The notes under the pieces were generated by a model. The model was not told where the DNA came from. It did no database searches and saw only the letters and a program-made list of their open reading frames with translations. A stretch of DNA of 64,000 bases. Source: an uncultured delta proteobacterium. Its GTDB lineage: Bacteria; Desulfobacterota; Binatia; UBA9968. The translations under genes and the position numbers were made by a program. Shown here one piece after another: positions 48,031 to 59,200 of this stretch (within the stretch, counting starts at the first letter, position 1; every line of letters begins with the position of its first letter). Location: the NCBI GenBank assembly GCA_963816145.1, contig CAWFJP010000004.1, forward strand, positions 64,001 through 128,000, read 5' to 3'.

Positions 48031-49512
48031 TTAATCTAACTCCGGCCGATTCGGTCTGCCGATAAAGCCGGGGCCGAAGCCGGCTTCGTGGGCGGCCCAG
48101 GCGCCGGCGACGCGACCGCTGAAGATCGACGGGCCGAGCATGGTGCCTTCGAGTCCAGCCTTGCCGTTAATATGGCCGCCGGCCATGCCGGCGACTTCTC
48201 CTGCTGCATAGAGCCCGGGGATCGGCTCGAAGTATTTGTTAAGTGCGCGGCAACGCAGGTCGGTTTTGGCGCCGCCAAAATTCTTGCGCGCCAGCGGACA
48301 AATCTGAATCGCATAGTAGGGCGGCGTGTCGAATTTTTTCGAAGCCTTGAGCGACTTGCCGAACTTGGGCTCCTTGTCCAGGTTGGCATCGAAGCATTTG
48401 TTATAAGCGTCCACTTCGGCGACGAAATTATTTGCGTCGTCGAAGCCGCACTGCTTGCCCAGCTCTTCGAGGGTGTCGGCCTTCTTGATAAACGGTGAGT
48501 GGTTCAGCAGTTCCTCGACTTTCGGCCGGTCGATGACATCGCCGCGGCGGTAGTACGGGTCGGCGACATCGATCTTGGCCAGCATCGGCGTGTCGGCGAT
48601 GGCCCAGGCGTGGGGCGGAGTCTGCGCCAGCAGCGCCGGCGTCGCCGAGGCGCCCCCGGTGAGCGACTCGTTATGAAAGCGTCGGCCTTGCTGGTTGAAC
48701 CAGAGGTAGCCGGGCACCATGCGAAAAACCAAACCGCGGCGTTGCTGCGAATCGCGGTAGTCCGGCGTAGCATAGACGTAGAACCAGATGCAGTCCAAAT
48801 GAGTGAAGTAGCCGCCCAGTTCGCGGATCATCTTGTGGCCCTCGCCTTTGGCGCCAAAACCCGAGCCTTCCATGACGCGAAACTTTTTGAACTCGGGGCG
48901 GCACTCCAATATCATGTCCAGGTTGGAGTTGAACCCGCCGGTGGAGACGACGACCGTCTTGCTCTGGACGTCGAACCTTTGGTTTTCTTTGGTCGCGGTT
49001 AGTCCGGCGACCCGGCCGTCCTTGGTGATGAGCTTGCCCGCCTTTGTCGACGTTATAATGGTGATGTTGGGAATCGATTCAACGGTCTTGATCAGCGCGG
49101 TCATCAGCCCGAGACCATTGTTGTCGGGCCGGTGCCAGCGGTGGACGCGGTTGCCTTCCTGGAATTTCAAATCCATCCACTTGACGCCGCAGCTTTCGGC
49201 CCAGTGATACAGATCATGCAAGCTGTGTTCGAGGTAATAGCGCGCCCAAACTTCGTCGGCCTGGCCGCCGCCCCACTTGATCCAATCTTCGAAGGCCATG
49301 TCGGGCGTGTCGTTAATGTCCAGGGCTTTTTGCAACGGCGTGCCGACGATGCAGCAGCCGCCGCCGGAGATCGCCGCCGTGCCGCCGCATTCCGCCGCGC
49401 CTTCCAAAACCAGCGCTCGGCCGCCGGCGCGGGCTACTTCGATTGCCGCGGGTATACCCGCACCACCGCCGCCGACAATCGCTACATCCGTTTCGATAAT
49501 CGAGTTGGCCAT
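48031..49512 (-). CDS. FAD-dependent oxidoreductase (FAD_binding_2, fumarate reductase/KstD-like)
   Basis: GGGGAG, GGTAAISGG, STGGF, IPGLYAAGE. Confidence 0.9.
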   Translation of the reverse strand: MANSIIETDVAIVGGGGAGIPAAIEVARAGGRALVLEGAAECGGTAAISGGGCCIVGTPLQKALDINDTPDMAFEDWIKWGGGQADEVWARYYLEHSLHDLYHWAESCGVKWMDLKFQEGNRVHRWHRPDNNGLGLMTALIKTVESIPNITIITSTKAGKLITKDGRVAGLTATKENQRFDVQSKTVVVSTGGFNSNLDMILECRPEFKKFRVMEGSGFGAKGEGHKMIRELGGYFTHLDCIWFYVYATPDYRDSQQRRGLVFRMVPGYLWFNQQGRRFHNESLTGGASATPALLAQTPPHAWAIADTPMLAKIDVADPYYRRGDVIDRPKVEELLNHSPFIKKADTLEELGKQCGFDDANNFVAEVDAYNKCFDANLDKEPKFGKSLKASKKFDTPPYYAIQICPLARKNFGGAKTDLRCRALNKYFEPIPGLYAAGEVAGMAGGHINGKAGLEGTMLGPSIFSGRVAGAWAAHEAGFGPGFIGRPNRPELD

Positions 49513-49650
49513 GAAAAACTCCTGTGGAAGGGTATCGATAGCCGACGGTTTATCACCGTTATCCCGATGGGGTCAACGCATACCCCCTTGCCAAGAGCGC
49601 GCGCTTTCGGTATCGGGAGTGATGATCGCACTAGGCTAAGGAGGTTATTT

Positions 49651-50634
49651 ATGATCTGCCGCCGATTGGGTGTGTTTGTTCTCATGGGTTTTGCCCTATT
49701 GACGTTGGCTAACCGCAACGGCCACTCGCAAGAAAACGTTCGCGTTGCCTATCCGTCGCTGTCCGCATCGGTGATTATAATGATGATCGCCGCCAGGGAA
49801 GGCTATTTTAAGGAAGAAGGACTCAACGTCGAAATGCTGAGCATTCGCGGCGAGATCGCGATCCGCACGGCGCTGGCCGGCGAGATCGATTTTTTCACCA
49901 ACGCCGGCAGCGGTCTGGCCGCCGCCGCGCGCAATGTGCCGGTCAAAATCCTTGCGGTGATTCAGGATAAACCGGGCTGGGACTTGATCGCGCTGCCGAA
50001 CATCAAATCCATCGCGCAACTGCGCGGTCAGACGGTGGCGATCATGTCGCCGGAGGGCTCGCTCGCGGTGGTGACGCGAGAGATTCTCCGGAAAAACGGT
50101 CTCGATCCCAGCAAGGACGCCAATCTAGTGGTGATGGGCGGCGACGAAGTGCGCTTTCCAGCGCTAAAGGGCAAAGCGATCCAAGCGACACTATTTAACG
50201 CGGCGGCAAGCATACGCGCGCAAAAAGAAGGTTTCACCAAGCTCGCGTCTGCGGGCGAGTATGTCAGCGCGATCCAGGGCGGCATCGCCACAACCGATGA
50301 ACGGATCAAGCAGCAGCCGGCGAAGATTGGCCGATTCATGCGCGCGAGTTTGAAGGGCATCAGCTTCTTCGTCAACAAGCGCGATGCGTCGATCAAACAC
50401 ATGGTCGATATTCTGAAAATGAAAGACCGCGACCTGGTGGCCTCGATCTACGACACTGAAGAGCGAATCACGGTACGCAACGGCATCAGTGACGACAGAA
50501 TCCTCCAACCGTTGATCGACGATATGAAACGCACGACCAAATCGACGCGGGAAATGAAAGTCAGCGATGTTTTCGACTTCAGCTTCGCGCGCAAGGCCAA
50601 CGATGAGTTGAAGGCGAGCGGCTGGAAACCGTGA
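49651..50634 (+). CDS. ABC substrate-binding protein, SsuA/NMT1 family (orphan)
   Basis: AAGGAGG RBS, signal peptide, GYFKEEGLNVE, LAGEIDF, FDFSF. Confidence 0.88.
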   Translation: MICRRLGVFVLMGFALLTLANRNGHSQENVRVAYPSLSASVIIMMIAAREGYFKEEGLNVEMLSIRGEIAIRTALAGEIDFFTNAGSGLAAAARNVPVKILAVIQDKPGWDLIALPNIKSIAQLRGQTVAIMSPEGSLAVVTREILRKNGLDPSKDANLVVMGGDEVRFPALKGKAIQATLFNAAASIRAQKEGFTKLASAGEYVSAIQGGIATTDERIKQQPAKIGRFMRASLKGISFFVNKRDASIKHMVDILKMKDRDLVASIYDTEERITVRNGISDDRILQPLIDDMKRTTKSTREMKVSDVFDFSFARKANDELKASGWKP

Positions 50635-50652
50635 GAATCGGTTTCGGAATTT

Positions 50653-50769
50653 CTCTCGCCAAGGCGCAAAGTTCGGAAAAGAGATTTTTGGGGAATCGTT
50701 CTTGGCGTCTTTGCGCCTTGGCGAGAGGTATATCCGAACCCCTTCGTGACCTTCGCGTCTTCGTGGTGA
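50653..50769. repeat. REP-like hairpin plus a half arm of the CACGAAG family, between convergent genes
   Basis: CTCTCGCCAAGGCGCAAAG / CTTTGCGCCTTGGCGAGAG perfect 19-bp arms. Confidence 0.85.
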
Positions 50770-50787
50770 AAAAACGTCCCCATAAAC

Positions 50788-51912
50788 TTATGCCAACCCA
50801 TACAGCTTCGCCGGATTTTTCTCCAGGATACTTTCCTTTGCCGACTCGCTGATATCGGTGCGCTTTTGCAAGATTGCGGCAGCGCAGCGGTCGCGGTCGC
50901 CGTGCGGCATGTCGCTGCCGAAGATGACTTGGCTTTCGCCGACGAGATTCAAAACATTGGGCAGGATTTCATCTTCGACCTCGGTGCTGAAATAGATGTT
51001 GCCGCGTTTGATGTAGTCCATCACCGGCAGCTTTTGGATCGGCGCGGTCTGCGGCAAGAACTTTCTCAGCGTCGAGCCTTGGTTTTTGAAGCGATGGTGA
51101 ATTCTCTCGATGATGAAAGGCACCCACTGGCAGCCGGCTTCGAGGAACACCACTTTGAGCTGCGGAAAACGATCGAGGACGCCGCCGCTGACCAGCGCGG
51201 TGAAGGCCATCAGCAGGGGTACATGAAAGGCGATGACGCCGGATGGATAAATATGCGAGTAGAGATTGTTTACCGATGGACAGGACCAGCCAACATGGAC
51301 ACCCAGGGCTATGTTCTCTTCGCATAGGGCGGCGTAAAAGGGATCGAGGCGCGGATGATCGAGCATGTCGTCGCCGGCGGTGCCGAGCACCATGACCGAG
51401 ACGGCGCCGAGCTTTTTCGCCTCGCGAACTTGTTTCATCGCGCCTGGGATGTCGTCGAGATTGACCACTGCCGACCACTTGATGCGCGCTTGTCCGGCCA
51501 GGCGTTGACCCATCCAACGGTTGTAGGAAGCTGTCATCGCGGTAGCCAACGGGACATTCTTGGTCAGTGGGTAGGCTAGGAATAGCGTTGTGTATATGAC
51601 TTGAATGGCGATGTCTTCGTCGTCCATGAGCTTCAAGCGCGCCGCGATGTCGTCCAGCTCCATGCTGGCGATGCTTTCCTGCTTGCTCAACGTGTGAGCG
51701 GCGACCTCGCCGTTTACATTGGTCGGCGTGCCCAAATTATGACAGCCGGGACCGACGCGCCGCGGGTAGAGTTGCTCTTCGATCACCCAATAGGCCAAAC
51801 CGTCAACTCCGGTGACGCGCGGGCGCAACGCACGAAACGCGGGGTCCAAATATCTATCGCTAAAAGTATCTAAGTTCTCTTCGACATGACCGTCGGCATC
51901 GATGACACGCAT
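50788..51912 (-). CDS. Amidohydrolase_2 family protein
   Basis: IDADGH, GVH, GGVLDRFPQLKVVFLEAG, FGSDMPH. Confidence 0.9.
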   Translation of the reverse strand: MRVIDADGHVEENLDTFSDRYLDPAFRALRPRVTGVDGLAYWVIEEQLYPRRVGPGCHNLGTPTNVNGEVAAHTLSKQESIASMELDDIAARLKLMDDEDIAIQVIYTTLFLAYPLTKNVPLATAMTASYNRWMGQRLAGQARIKWSAVVNLDDIPGAMKQVREAKKLGAVSVMVLGTAGDDMLDHPRLDPFYAALCEENIALGVHVGWSCPSVNNLYSHIYPSGVIAFHVPLLMAFTALVSGGVLDRFPQLKVVFLEAGCQWVPFIIERIHHRFKNQGSTLRKFLPQTAPIQKLPVMDYIKRGNIYFSTEVEDEILPNVLNLVGESQVIFGSDMPHGDRDRCAAAILQKRTDISESAKESILEKNPAKLYGLA

Positions 51913-52100
51913 AAGAAATACCTCCGTGATGCGTCGAGCTGTATTACTAGGCTGTGCGGATTGTCAAGCTAAGCTGCGCGCATGATCCCGCCCTTCGCTA
52001 TATTTAGTTTGGCAATTTCATCATTACAAAACTGCAGCGGTTTGCTACAATGGCGTTATCACGACCGTTGTGCATAGACACACGTAATCTGGCAGTCGTT

Positions 52101-53555
52101 ATGGCTGATATTTTTATTAGTTACGCTCACGAAGACCGGGAATCCGCTGAGCATATCGCTCAGGTTCTTGAAGCGGCCGGTTTTAGTGTGTGGTGGGATC
52201 GTCGCATTCCGGCGGGCCGCACTTGGCGCTCCGTCCTCGAAGAGGCGTTGCAAGGGATGCGATGCTTGATCGTGCTCTGGTCAGAAAACTCGATCAAGAG
52301 TACTTGGGTCATTGAGGAAGCCGAAGAGGCGCGTCGGCTGGGGAAAATAATGCTTCCCGTGCTGATTCACAAGATCAATCCGCCGGTGGGATTTCGTGCG
52401 ATCCAAGCGGCCAAGTTGATAGACTGGAGCGGGGCTGCCGACGCACCGGCGGTGGAATTGCTGGTTGCCGACCTGAAGGCCCTGTTGGGCGAACCTAAAG
52501 CACCAAGCAACGGAAACGTTGAACCTGACCGGGTGAATGACTCGGCATCTGACGACAATCCCCGTGCAGACCCTTTGCGCAGCCTGTTCGTTCGTAACTG
52601 GAAAATCCTGGCCGGCGGAGGTGCGGCGATCGCCTTGATTCTCGTTGCTCTCCAAATCTCATGGCCGGGTCGAACCGCCATTGATGCGCCGCCGGCGCAG
52701 CCGATAAACGAGCCGCTTCCAGCCCGCCAATTGACCGCCATTGCCATCGCGGGCGCGCCGCGAGAGTTAAAACCTGCCGATATGGTCGCGCTCAAACTGC
52801 AAGGAATTTATTCCGACGGAACCAACAGCGATATCGCCGATTCGATAAAATGGACGATCAGCGATAGCCGCGTTGCAGCGGTCGATGACCAAGGTAATTT
52901 GAAGGCGCTGCAGCCGGGGACCGCTGAAGTATCGGCGCGACTTGGAGACTTGGTCAGTAAACCCTGGACGGTGGCGGTAACATCGATACAAAAAGTCGTT
53001 GATGAAATCCCCGCCGTCAAGATGGTGCAGCTTGCAATTACACCCGCGCGCAAAGAATTGTTCGCGAATGAAAGAATTGCGCTGCGCGTGATTGCTCGTT
53101 ATTCAGACCAAAGCGAAAGACCAATCGGTCGCGAGTTGCGATGGCACATCAGCGATCCCACCATCGCGGCCATCACTTCCGATGGTCAACTGAGCGGCTT
53201 GAGAACAGGCAGAGTCGATATATCGGTGCGCGCCGGAGAGGTGGTGAGTGCGCCAATCCTAATCGTCGTTAAGGATCGGCCGAAAAAGGCGCAAGTCGAA
53301 ACTCTTTCGGTAAAACCAAACACTGAATCAAAAGCCCTGGCTCCACCGCCGCTGGAGCCCGCCAGACCGAGGCTCGCGCCTTACATCGCTCGGGCCAAGA
53401 GTTTGCGCGAGCAAGGTCAATATGCCGCCGCCGTGGCGGAGCTACAAAAAGCTGCGGCTATCGATCCGTCCAACGCCGAGGTGATAAAAGAAATCGATCA
53501 AACCAGAAGAGCCTGTGCGGCGGAAAGAAGTCTCGGCCAAAAGATAGAATGCTAA
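52101..53555 (+). CDS. TIR-domain membrane protein with two Ig-like (Big-2) repeats and a C-terminal TPR
   Basis: MADIFISYAHED...VWWD...SIKSTWVIEE; TM; WTISDSRVAAVD / WHISDPTIAAIT repeats; TPR-like LQKAAAIDPSNAE. Confidence 0.85.
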   Translation: MADIFISYAHEDRESAEHIAQVLEAAGFSVWWDRRIPAGRTWRSVLEEALQGMRCLIVLWSENSIKSTWVIEEAEEARRLGKIMLPVLIHKINPPVGFRAIQAAKLIDWSGAADAPAVELLVADLKALLGEPKAPSNGNVEPDRVNDSASDDNPRADPLRSLFVRNWKILAGGGAAIALILVALQISWPGRTAIDAPPAQPINEPLPARQLTAIAIAGAPRELKPADMVALKLQGIYSDGTNSDIADSIKWTISDSRVAAVDDQGNLKALQPGTAEVSARLGDLVSKPWTVAVTSIQKVVDEIPAVKMVQLAITPARKELFANERIALRVIARYSDQSERPIGRELRWHISDPTIAAITSDGQLSGLRTGRVDISVRAGEVVSAPILIVVKDRPKKAQVETLSVKPNTESKALAPPPLEPARPRLAPYIARAKSLREQGQYAAAVAELQKAAAIDPSNAEVIKEIDQTRRACAAERSLGQKIEC

Positions 53556-53589
53556 AATCCTGTTTGGGTCATTGGCTCCGGGTAGGGCT

Positions 53590-54429
53590 CTAAGGCCGCA
53601 TTCGTCGACCTTCCTCAGCCTCGTCACGCCGGGCGCGATCGCTTTCCTCTTCCAAATTGTAACCCACCAACTCGGCGTTGCTAAGGATGATTTCCCAATT
53701 GGGCTGACTTGCCTGCGCCGACCGAAGTGCCCGGGAAATTTCCGTGCGGATTTCTCCCGAAGGATCCCAATAGCGTCCTTGAGGAGTGTGGGCAATTGTA
53801 TAGTCGAGCCAGTCGCGCAGCCCGGTCAAAGCCGCCGCGATTTCTTTGGCGCCTTCCATGCGCTGTTTGTCGCTCGCCTTGCCTTGTTTGGTGCGCTCGG
53901 CGCGAAATTGTTTAAGCTCATCCAACAAGGTTGAGTCGGCCCCTGCAGTTCTTAGCTGATTTTCAGTCTCGGCGTTGAGGTCGAAGGCTATACCGCGCTC
54001 GCGCGAAATCGTGCCGACTCGCCGCGGCGCCACGCCTTCGCGGAGCGCATAGGAAACTTCTTGCAGAGTCATAGCATTGGCGGGCGGTGCGGCGGTGTCG
54101 CCACGTAGAACCGTCAAGCCGCGGTAAAGCCGTGCGACATCGTCGTCCTTCACATAAGTCAAAGCTTTATCGAGGGCGACTTTGGCCTCCGCATATCTGC
54201 CAGCGTTGTAATAGGCTCGGCCCAGGTAAGTCCAGATACTCTTGCGCGGTGGCGCCGAGGTGACGACGTAACTAGGATCGGTTTGTGCGATCGCGTTGAA
54301 ATAATTGGCAGCGTTGTCGGGTTCGCCGCGCAATAATGCTTGCCGCCCTGCCAAGAAGCTGGAGCCCGTACCGGCGCAGGCGGCAAACGCGAGACACGAT
54401 GTTAGTAAAAACCAATGCCGAATCATCAT
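53590..54429 (-). CDS. TPR-containing lipoprotein
   Basis: Lipobox FAAC, TYLGRAYYNAGRYAEA; promoter TTGTCT-N17-TATCCT just upstream. Confidence 0.8.
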   Translation of the reverse strand: MMIRHWFLLTSCLAFAACAGTGSSFLAGRQALLRGEPDNAANYFNAIAQTDPSYVVTSAPPRKSIWTYLGRAYYNAGRYAEAKVALDKALTYVKDDDVARLYRGLTVLRGDTAAPPANAMTLQEVSYALREGVAPRRVGTISRERGIAFDLNAETENQLRTAGADSTLLDELKQFRAERTKQGKASDKQRMEGAKEIAAALTGLRDWLDYTIAHTPQGRYWDPSGEIRTEISRALRSAQASQPNWEIILSNAELVGYNLEEESDRARRDEAEEGRRMRP

Positions 54430-54567
54430 GGATGACCGATAGGATAAGTGTCCAGGCGAGAAAAGACAATGACTCAATGGCGTTCTCGTCGAATGGTTTC
54501 GCCGGATTGTCACTGCCTGCTTGTGGGCTTTTCCGCCATCTGTTAATGACAAAGGGCAATTATCGTC

Positions 54568-55803
54568 ATGCGTTTCTCACCGACACCGTGGTTAATCGCC
54601 GCATTCGCTTTCGTCGTGCTCGGATTCTCGCGCGGACTGCATTCTTCCTTCGGCGTTTTCAATGTCGCTTTGCTCGATGCCTTCGGTTGGAGCCGGGGGG
54701 CGACGGCGGGGATATTTTCGATTGTCCTAGCTGTCGATGCGCTGCTTTCTCCTGCGGCTGGATATTTACTAGACCGCTTCGGCACCAGGAAAATCGCGAT
54801 CGCCGGCTGCCTCACGCTGGTTGTCGGGCTCTTTCTTAGCAGCCAAGTCTCGGCGCTATGGGAACTCTATATTAGCTTTGGCCTCGTGCTGGCAACTGGA
54901 TTTACTTTGACCGGCATGGTGCCGCATATTTTTCTGATCTCGGAGTGGTTCTCATCCAATCGAGCTTCGGCCATCGGCGTGGTCTACGCCGGCAGCGGCG
55001 TCGGCATCATGTTATTAGCGCCGCTCAGCGAATGGCTGATTTCCAGCTATGGCTGGGAGCGCGCGTTTGAGATTTACGCGGCGATGGTGCTGGTTTTGTT
55101 GCTGCCGATTGTGCTGCTTTCCTATCAACCGGGGCCCCATGGACATAGCGGCGCCCACGGCATGCAGAAAAAAGGCGAACAGAACCAGTGGACCGCCAAG
55201 CTGGCGCTGCAGAGCTTGCAGTTCTGGCTGTTGTTCATCGCCCGCATCGGCGCGGCGTCGGGTACTACCGTGATTGTCACCCACCAAGTTGCGCACGTGG
55301 TCGACGTCGGCTTCAGTAAGCTGCTGGCGGCGTCGATTTTTGGTCTCGCCGGGATTACCAGCAGTTTTGGCCGGGTGATTTTCGGCTTCATCGCCGACCA
55401 CTTGACCAAACAGGCGGCTTATTCGTTAAATATCGTCATGACCATCGTTGGCGTCGGCGCCTTGATGATCCTGCGCGATCCCAGTCAGGCTTGGCTGCTC
55501 TACGTCTACGTCATTTTCTTTGGCATCGGTTTCGGCTCGCGGGCGGTGATCTTTTCGTCGTTAACAGCGGATATTTTTGCCGGCAAAGGCTTTGGTTCGA
55601 TTCTCGGTTACTCGACGGTTGCGGTCGGCGTCGGTGGGGCAATGGGTTCCTACTTCGGCGGCGTGTTTCACGACTGGACGGGCAGTTATAACATGTCCTT
55701 CACACTTTCCACTTTGTTGCTGGCGGTCTCCGATGTCTGCATCTGGCTCGCCGCGGTGCCGGCGGTGGCGCAGTACGATCAACGTCTGTGGGCGCGCCAT
55801 TGA
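54568..55803 (+). CDS. MFS transporter
   Basis: GYLLDRFGTR, multi-TM, GVFHDWTGSY. Confidence 0.92.
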   Translation: MRFSPTPWLIAAFAFVVLGFSRGLHSSFGVFNVALLDAFGWSRGATAGIFSIVLAVDALLSPAAGYLLDRFGTRKIAIAGCLTLVVGLFLSSQVSALWELYISFGLVLATGFTLTGMVPHIFLISEWFSSNRASAIGVVYAGSGVGIMLLAPLSEWLISSYGWERAFEIYAAMVLVLLLPIVLLSYQPGPHGHSGAHGMQKKGEQNQWTAKLALQSLQFWLLFIARIGAASGTTVIVTHQVAHVVDVGFSKLLAASIFGLAGITSSFGRVIFGFIADHLTKQAAYSLNIVMTIVGVGALMILRDPSQAWLLYVYVIFFGIGFGSRAVIFSSLTADIFAGKGFGSILGYSTVAVGVGGAMGSYFGGVFHDWTGSYNMSFTLSTLLLAVSDVCIWLAAVPAVAQYDQRLWARH

Positions 55804-55919
55804 ACTCGTTCAAGCCATTCAAATAGTTCAAAACCTTCAAGCCGTTTCGTTCCTCCTTAGACTTCTCAGCTCGCCTTGAGGGCTTGGTCGGAAGTTGCTA
55901 ATTTACTCACTTCAAACTT

Positions 55920-56288
55920 ATGGATGCTCGGCTTCGAGACGGCATACGTCTATTTAACGACCGGAAATTCTTCGAGTGCCACGAAGTTCTGGAGGGTTAT
56001 TACCAGGACAGCCAGTTGGATACCAAGCCGTTTATCGAGGGCTTGATTCAGTTGGCGGCGGCGTTTCGCATGTTTGTCGATTTCGGCGAGGTCAAAGGCC
56101 CGGTGCGGGCGATTTACCAGGCACTGATTCGCTTCGAGAATTATCAGCCGGCGTATCTGCAAGTTAGGGTGAAAGACCTCAGTACGGAGGTCGAGGCCTG
56201 GGCCAAAGCGGCTGAGGCCGCTGGCGCCGTGCCGTCAACCGCCGATATTCCAAAGATTCAGCTCCAACGGTTCAATCTTTTTTCATGA
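55920..56288 (+). CDS. DUF309 domain protein
   Basis: GIRLFN...FFECHEVLE...GLIQLAA. Confidence 0.88.
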   Translation: MDARLRDGIRLFNDRKFFECHEVLEGYYQDSQLDTKPFIEGLIQLAAAFRMFVDFGEVKGPVRAIYQALIRFENYQPAYLQVRVKDLSTEVEAWAKAAEAAGAVPSTADIPKIQLQRFNLFS

Positions 56289-59200
56289 CCGATCAACCGC
56301 TCAGCGAAAAGCTCGGTCAATTTCTTCGCGGAAACTGGACGGGCGATAAACGCATTCAGGGCATACAGGGCGGCGCGCGGGCCTATCTGTTGGCGCTCGC
56401 CGCGGCCGAGGCCCAGCGACCGCTGTTGGTGATCGCGCCGAGCGCCAATCAGGCGGAAAATCTTTATGACGATCTGGCGTTTTTCCTCGGCGAGGAGCGC
56501 GGCTTGGCGCCGCTGCGCCGCCGCCTGCATCTATTCCCGTCCTGGGAAGTACTGCCCTTCGAAAATCTCTCGCCCCATCCGGAAAACATCGCCGGCCGAT
56601 TGGAAGGGCTTTACAAACTGGTCGAAGAACCGGCGCCGATCTTAATCGCCACGCCGGCAGCGCTCATGCAGCGGGTGATCCCCAAAGACACCCTAAAAAA
56701 ATCTTATCTTTATCTCGTTGTCGGCCAGGAACTGCCGCGCGAGTCGTTACTCGATCATGTCGTCCACTGGGGTTTTCAAAATGTTCCATTGGTCGAGGAG
56801 CGCGGCGATTTTAGCGTGCGCGGCGGTATCGTCGATCTATTTCCGCCGGGTTACGGCCGGCCGATTCGCCTTGAATTCGACGGCGACTGCTTGGAGTCTA
56901 TTCGCGAGTTCAACCCGGCCAATCAGCGCACCGAGGCGGTGCAGGAGGAATGCATCCTTCTGCCGATGAAAGAGTTCGCGCTCAAACGGGCAGGCATCGA
57001 CGAGTCGGTCCGGCGCCTGGAGCAGCGCGCACTGGAGTTGGAAGTCGACCGGCGCGAACGCCAGGCGCTGATCGAATCGATCCGTGAAGGTATTCCGGTC
57101 GCCGGCGTGGAATTTTTTCTGCCGTTTTTTTGCTCCAACTTGGTGCCGGTGACTTCCTATCTGCCGAACAACACTCTCGTCTGGTTCGATGGCGCGGACC
57201 GCGTCGAGGCGGAAAGCGAGCGCTTTGGCCAGCTTGCTTGGGAGCGCAACCGGATGGTCATCGAAGAGCGCCGCCTGGCGGCGCCGGTGGCGCAGCTCTA
57301 TTTGAACGAACATGAGTGGCGTGAAACGCTCCAGCCATTTTCCACCGTTCACGGCGAAGCCTTGATGCTGCTTGCCGGCGCGGAAAAAGCCCAGGCGACA
57401 ACCCTCACCGTTGAGTCGTATATGACCACCGATTTGCGCCAGGACCCGGCACTGCATGGCAAGGATGTTTCGCTGGCGCCGCTGGTTGAGCGTTTGAAAT
57501 CCTGGAGCGGCGAAAAAGTCATCTTCGTCGCGCCGACCAAGGGTGATGCGGCGCGCCTGCGGGAGCTGTTGGGCGGCTACCAAGTCGATGCGGCGCTGAT
57601 CGAGGATGCGATTCCCGCCGTGCTGGCGCGCAAGGATATCGGACGGGCGATCGTGTGCGGCAATTTGAATCAAGGGTTTCGCTTGCCCGAAGCGCATTTG
57701 ATTTTCGTTACCTTCGACGAGATTTTCGGCACGCGTAAGCGCCAGCCGACCACGGCGACCAAAAGCTATCCGAGCCATTTTCTTTCCAGCCTGAGCGAGC
57801 TCAAGCAGGATGATTACGTCGTCCATCTCGACCATGGCATAGGTGTTTATCGCGGCCTTAAGTTTCTCAAGGTGGCCGGTGTTGAGGGCGAGTTTCTCCA
57901 TCTCGAATATGAAGCGGGCGACCGGCTGTATCTGCCGGTGGACCGCATCAATATGGTGCAGAAATACATCGGCGGCGACGGCGCGCAGCCGTCGCTCGAC
58001 CGGCTGGGCGGCACGGCCTGGGAGAAAGTTAAAGCCAAGGCGAAGAAGAGCGTGCTTGCCATGGCCGAAGAGCTGGTCCAGCTCTACGCCCTGCGCGAAG
58101 CGCGCGGCGGAACGGCGTTCGCTCCGCCGGACAACATGTACAACGAGTTCGAAGCGGCCTTCGAGTTCGAAGAGACGCCGGACCAGCAACGCGCCATCGA
58201 CGACACGCTGGCGAGCATGCAGAGCAAGAAGCCGATGGACCGCTTGGTATGCGGCGACGTCGGCTACGGCAAAACCGAAGTGGCCATGCGCGCGGCGTTC
58301 CTCGCCGTCGAGGGCGGCAAGCAGGTTGCTGTGCTCGCGCCGACGACGATCTTGGCGCAACAGCACATGCAGACCTTTCGCCATCGTTTTCGCAATCATC
58401 CGGTGCGCATCGAAATGGTCAGCCGGTTTTTGACCAGCAAAGAAATCGCCCAGGTTCTCAGCGACGCCGCCAAAGGCCAGGTCGATATTGTCATCGGCAC
58501 CCACCGGCTTTTGCAGAAGGATGTCGAGTTCAGGGACCTGGGACTGGTGATCATCGACGAAGAGCACCGTTTCGGCGTGGTGCACAAAGAACGGCTGAAA
58601 AAAATGCGCGCGCTGGTCGATGTCTTGAGTCTCACCGCGACGCCGATCCCGCGCACCTTGCATATGTCTCTGGTCGGCATTCGCGATTTGAGCATTATTG
58701 AAACGCCGCCGGTGGATCGATTGGCGATTCAGACCTATGTTACACGCTACGACGATCGGGTGATCCGCGACGCCATCCTGCGCGAGATCGAACGCGGCGG
58801 TCAGGTGTTTTTTCTGCACAACCGGGTGGAAACCATCGATCGCCTAGCGCTCAAACTGTCGGAGTTGGTTCCCGAGGCGAAGATGGCGGTGGGCCATGGC
58901 CAGATGCGGCCCAAGGAATTGGAAAAGGTCATGATCGATTTTTTGGAGAATAAGACCCAAGTGTTGGTCTGTTCGGCGATCATCGAGTCGGGCCTCGACT
59001 TTCCCAACGCCAACACAATCATCATTAATCGTGCCGACCGCTTCGGCCTGGCCCAGCTCTATCAACTGCGCGGCCGGGTCGGGCGCTCGCATCGCCACGC
59101 GTTCGCCTATCTCCTCATTCCCGGCGAGCACGCGATTACGCCGGACGCCGAACGGCGCTTGCGCGCCTTGCAGGAAATCGACGGTCTCGGCGGCGGTTTC

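Noticed and set aside
49132-49650. 173-aa N-terminal extension of the substrate-binding protein
   Set aside because: Antisense overlap with the FAD oxidoreductase; RBS and signal peptide point to ATG 49651.
50448-50801. ORF with HHEDAKVTK/SRQGAKTPR peptides
   Set aside because: It is the translation of REP-like repeats plus antisense coding sequence.
56837-58819. 660-aa antisense ORF within mfd (and similar long shadow ORFs such as 1073-2266)
   Set aside because: Typical shadow frames of high-GC coding sequence, with no recognisable motifs.
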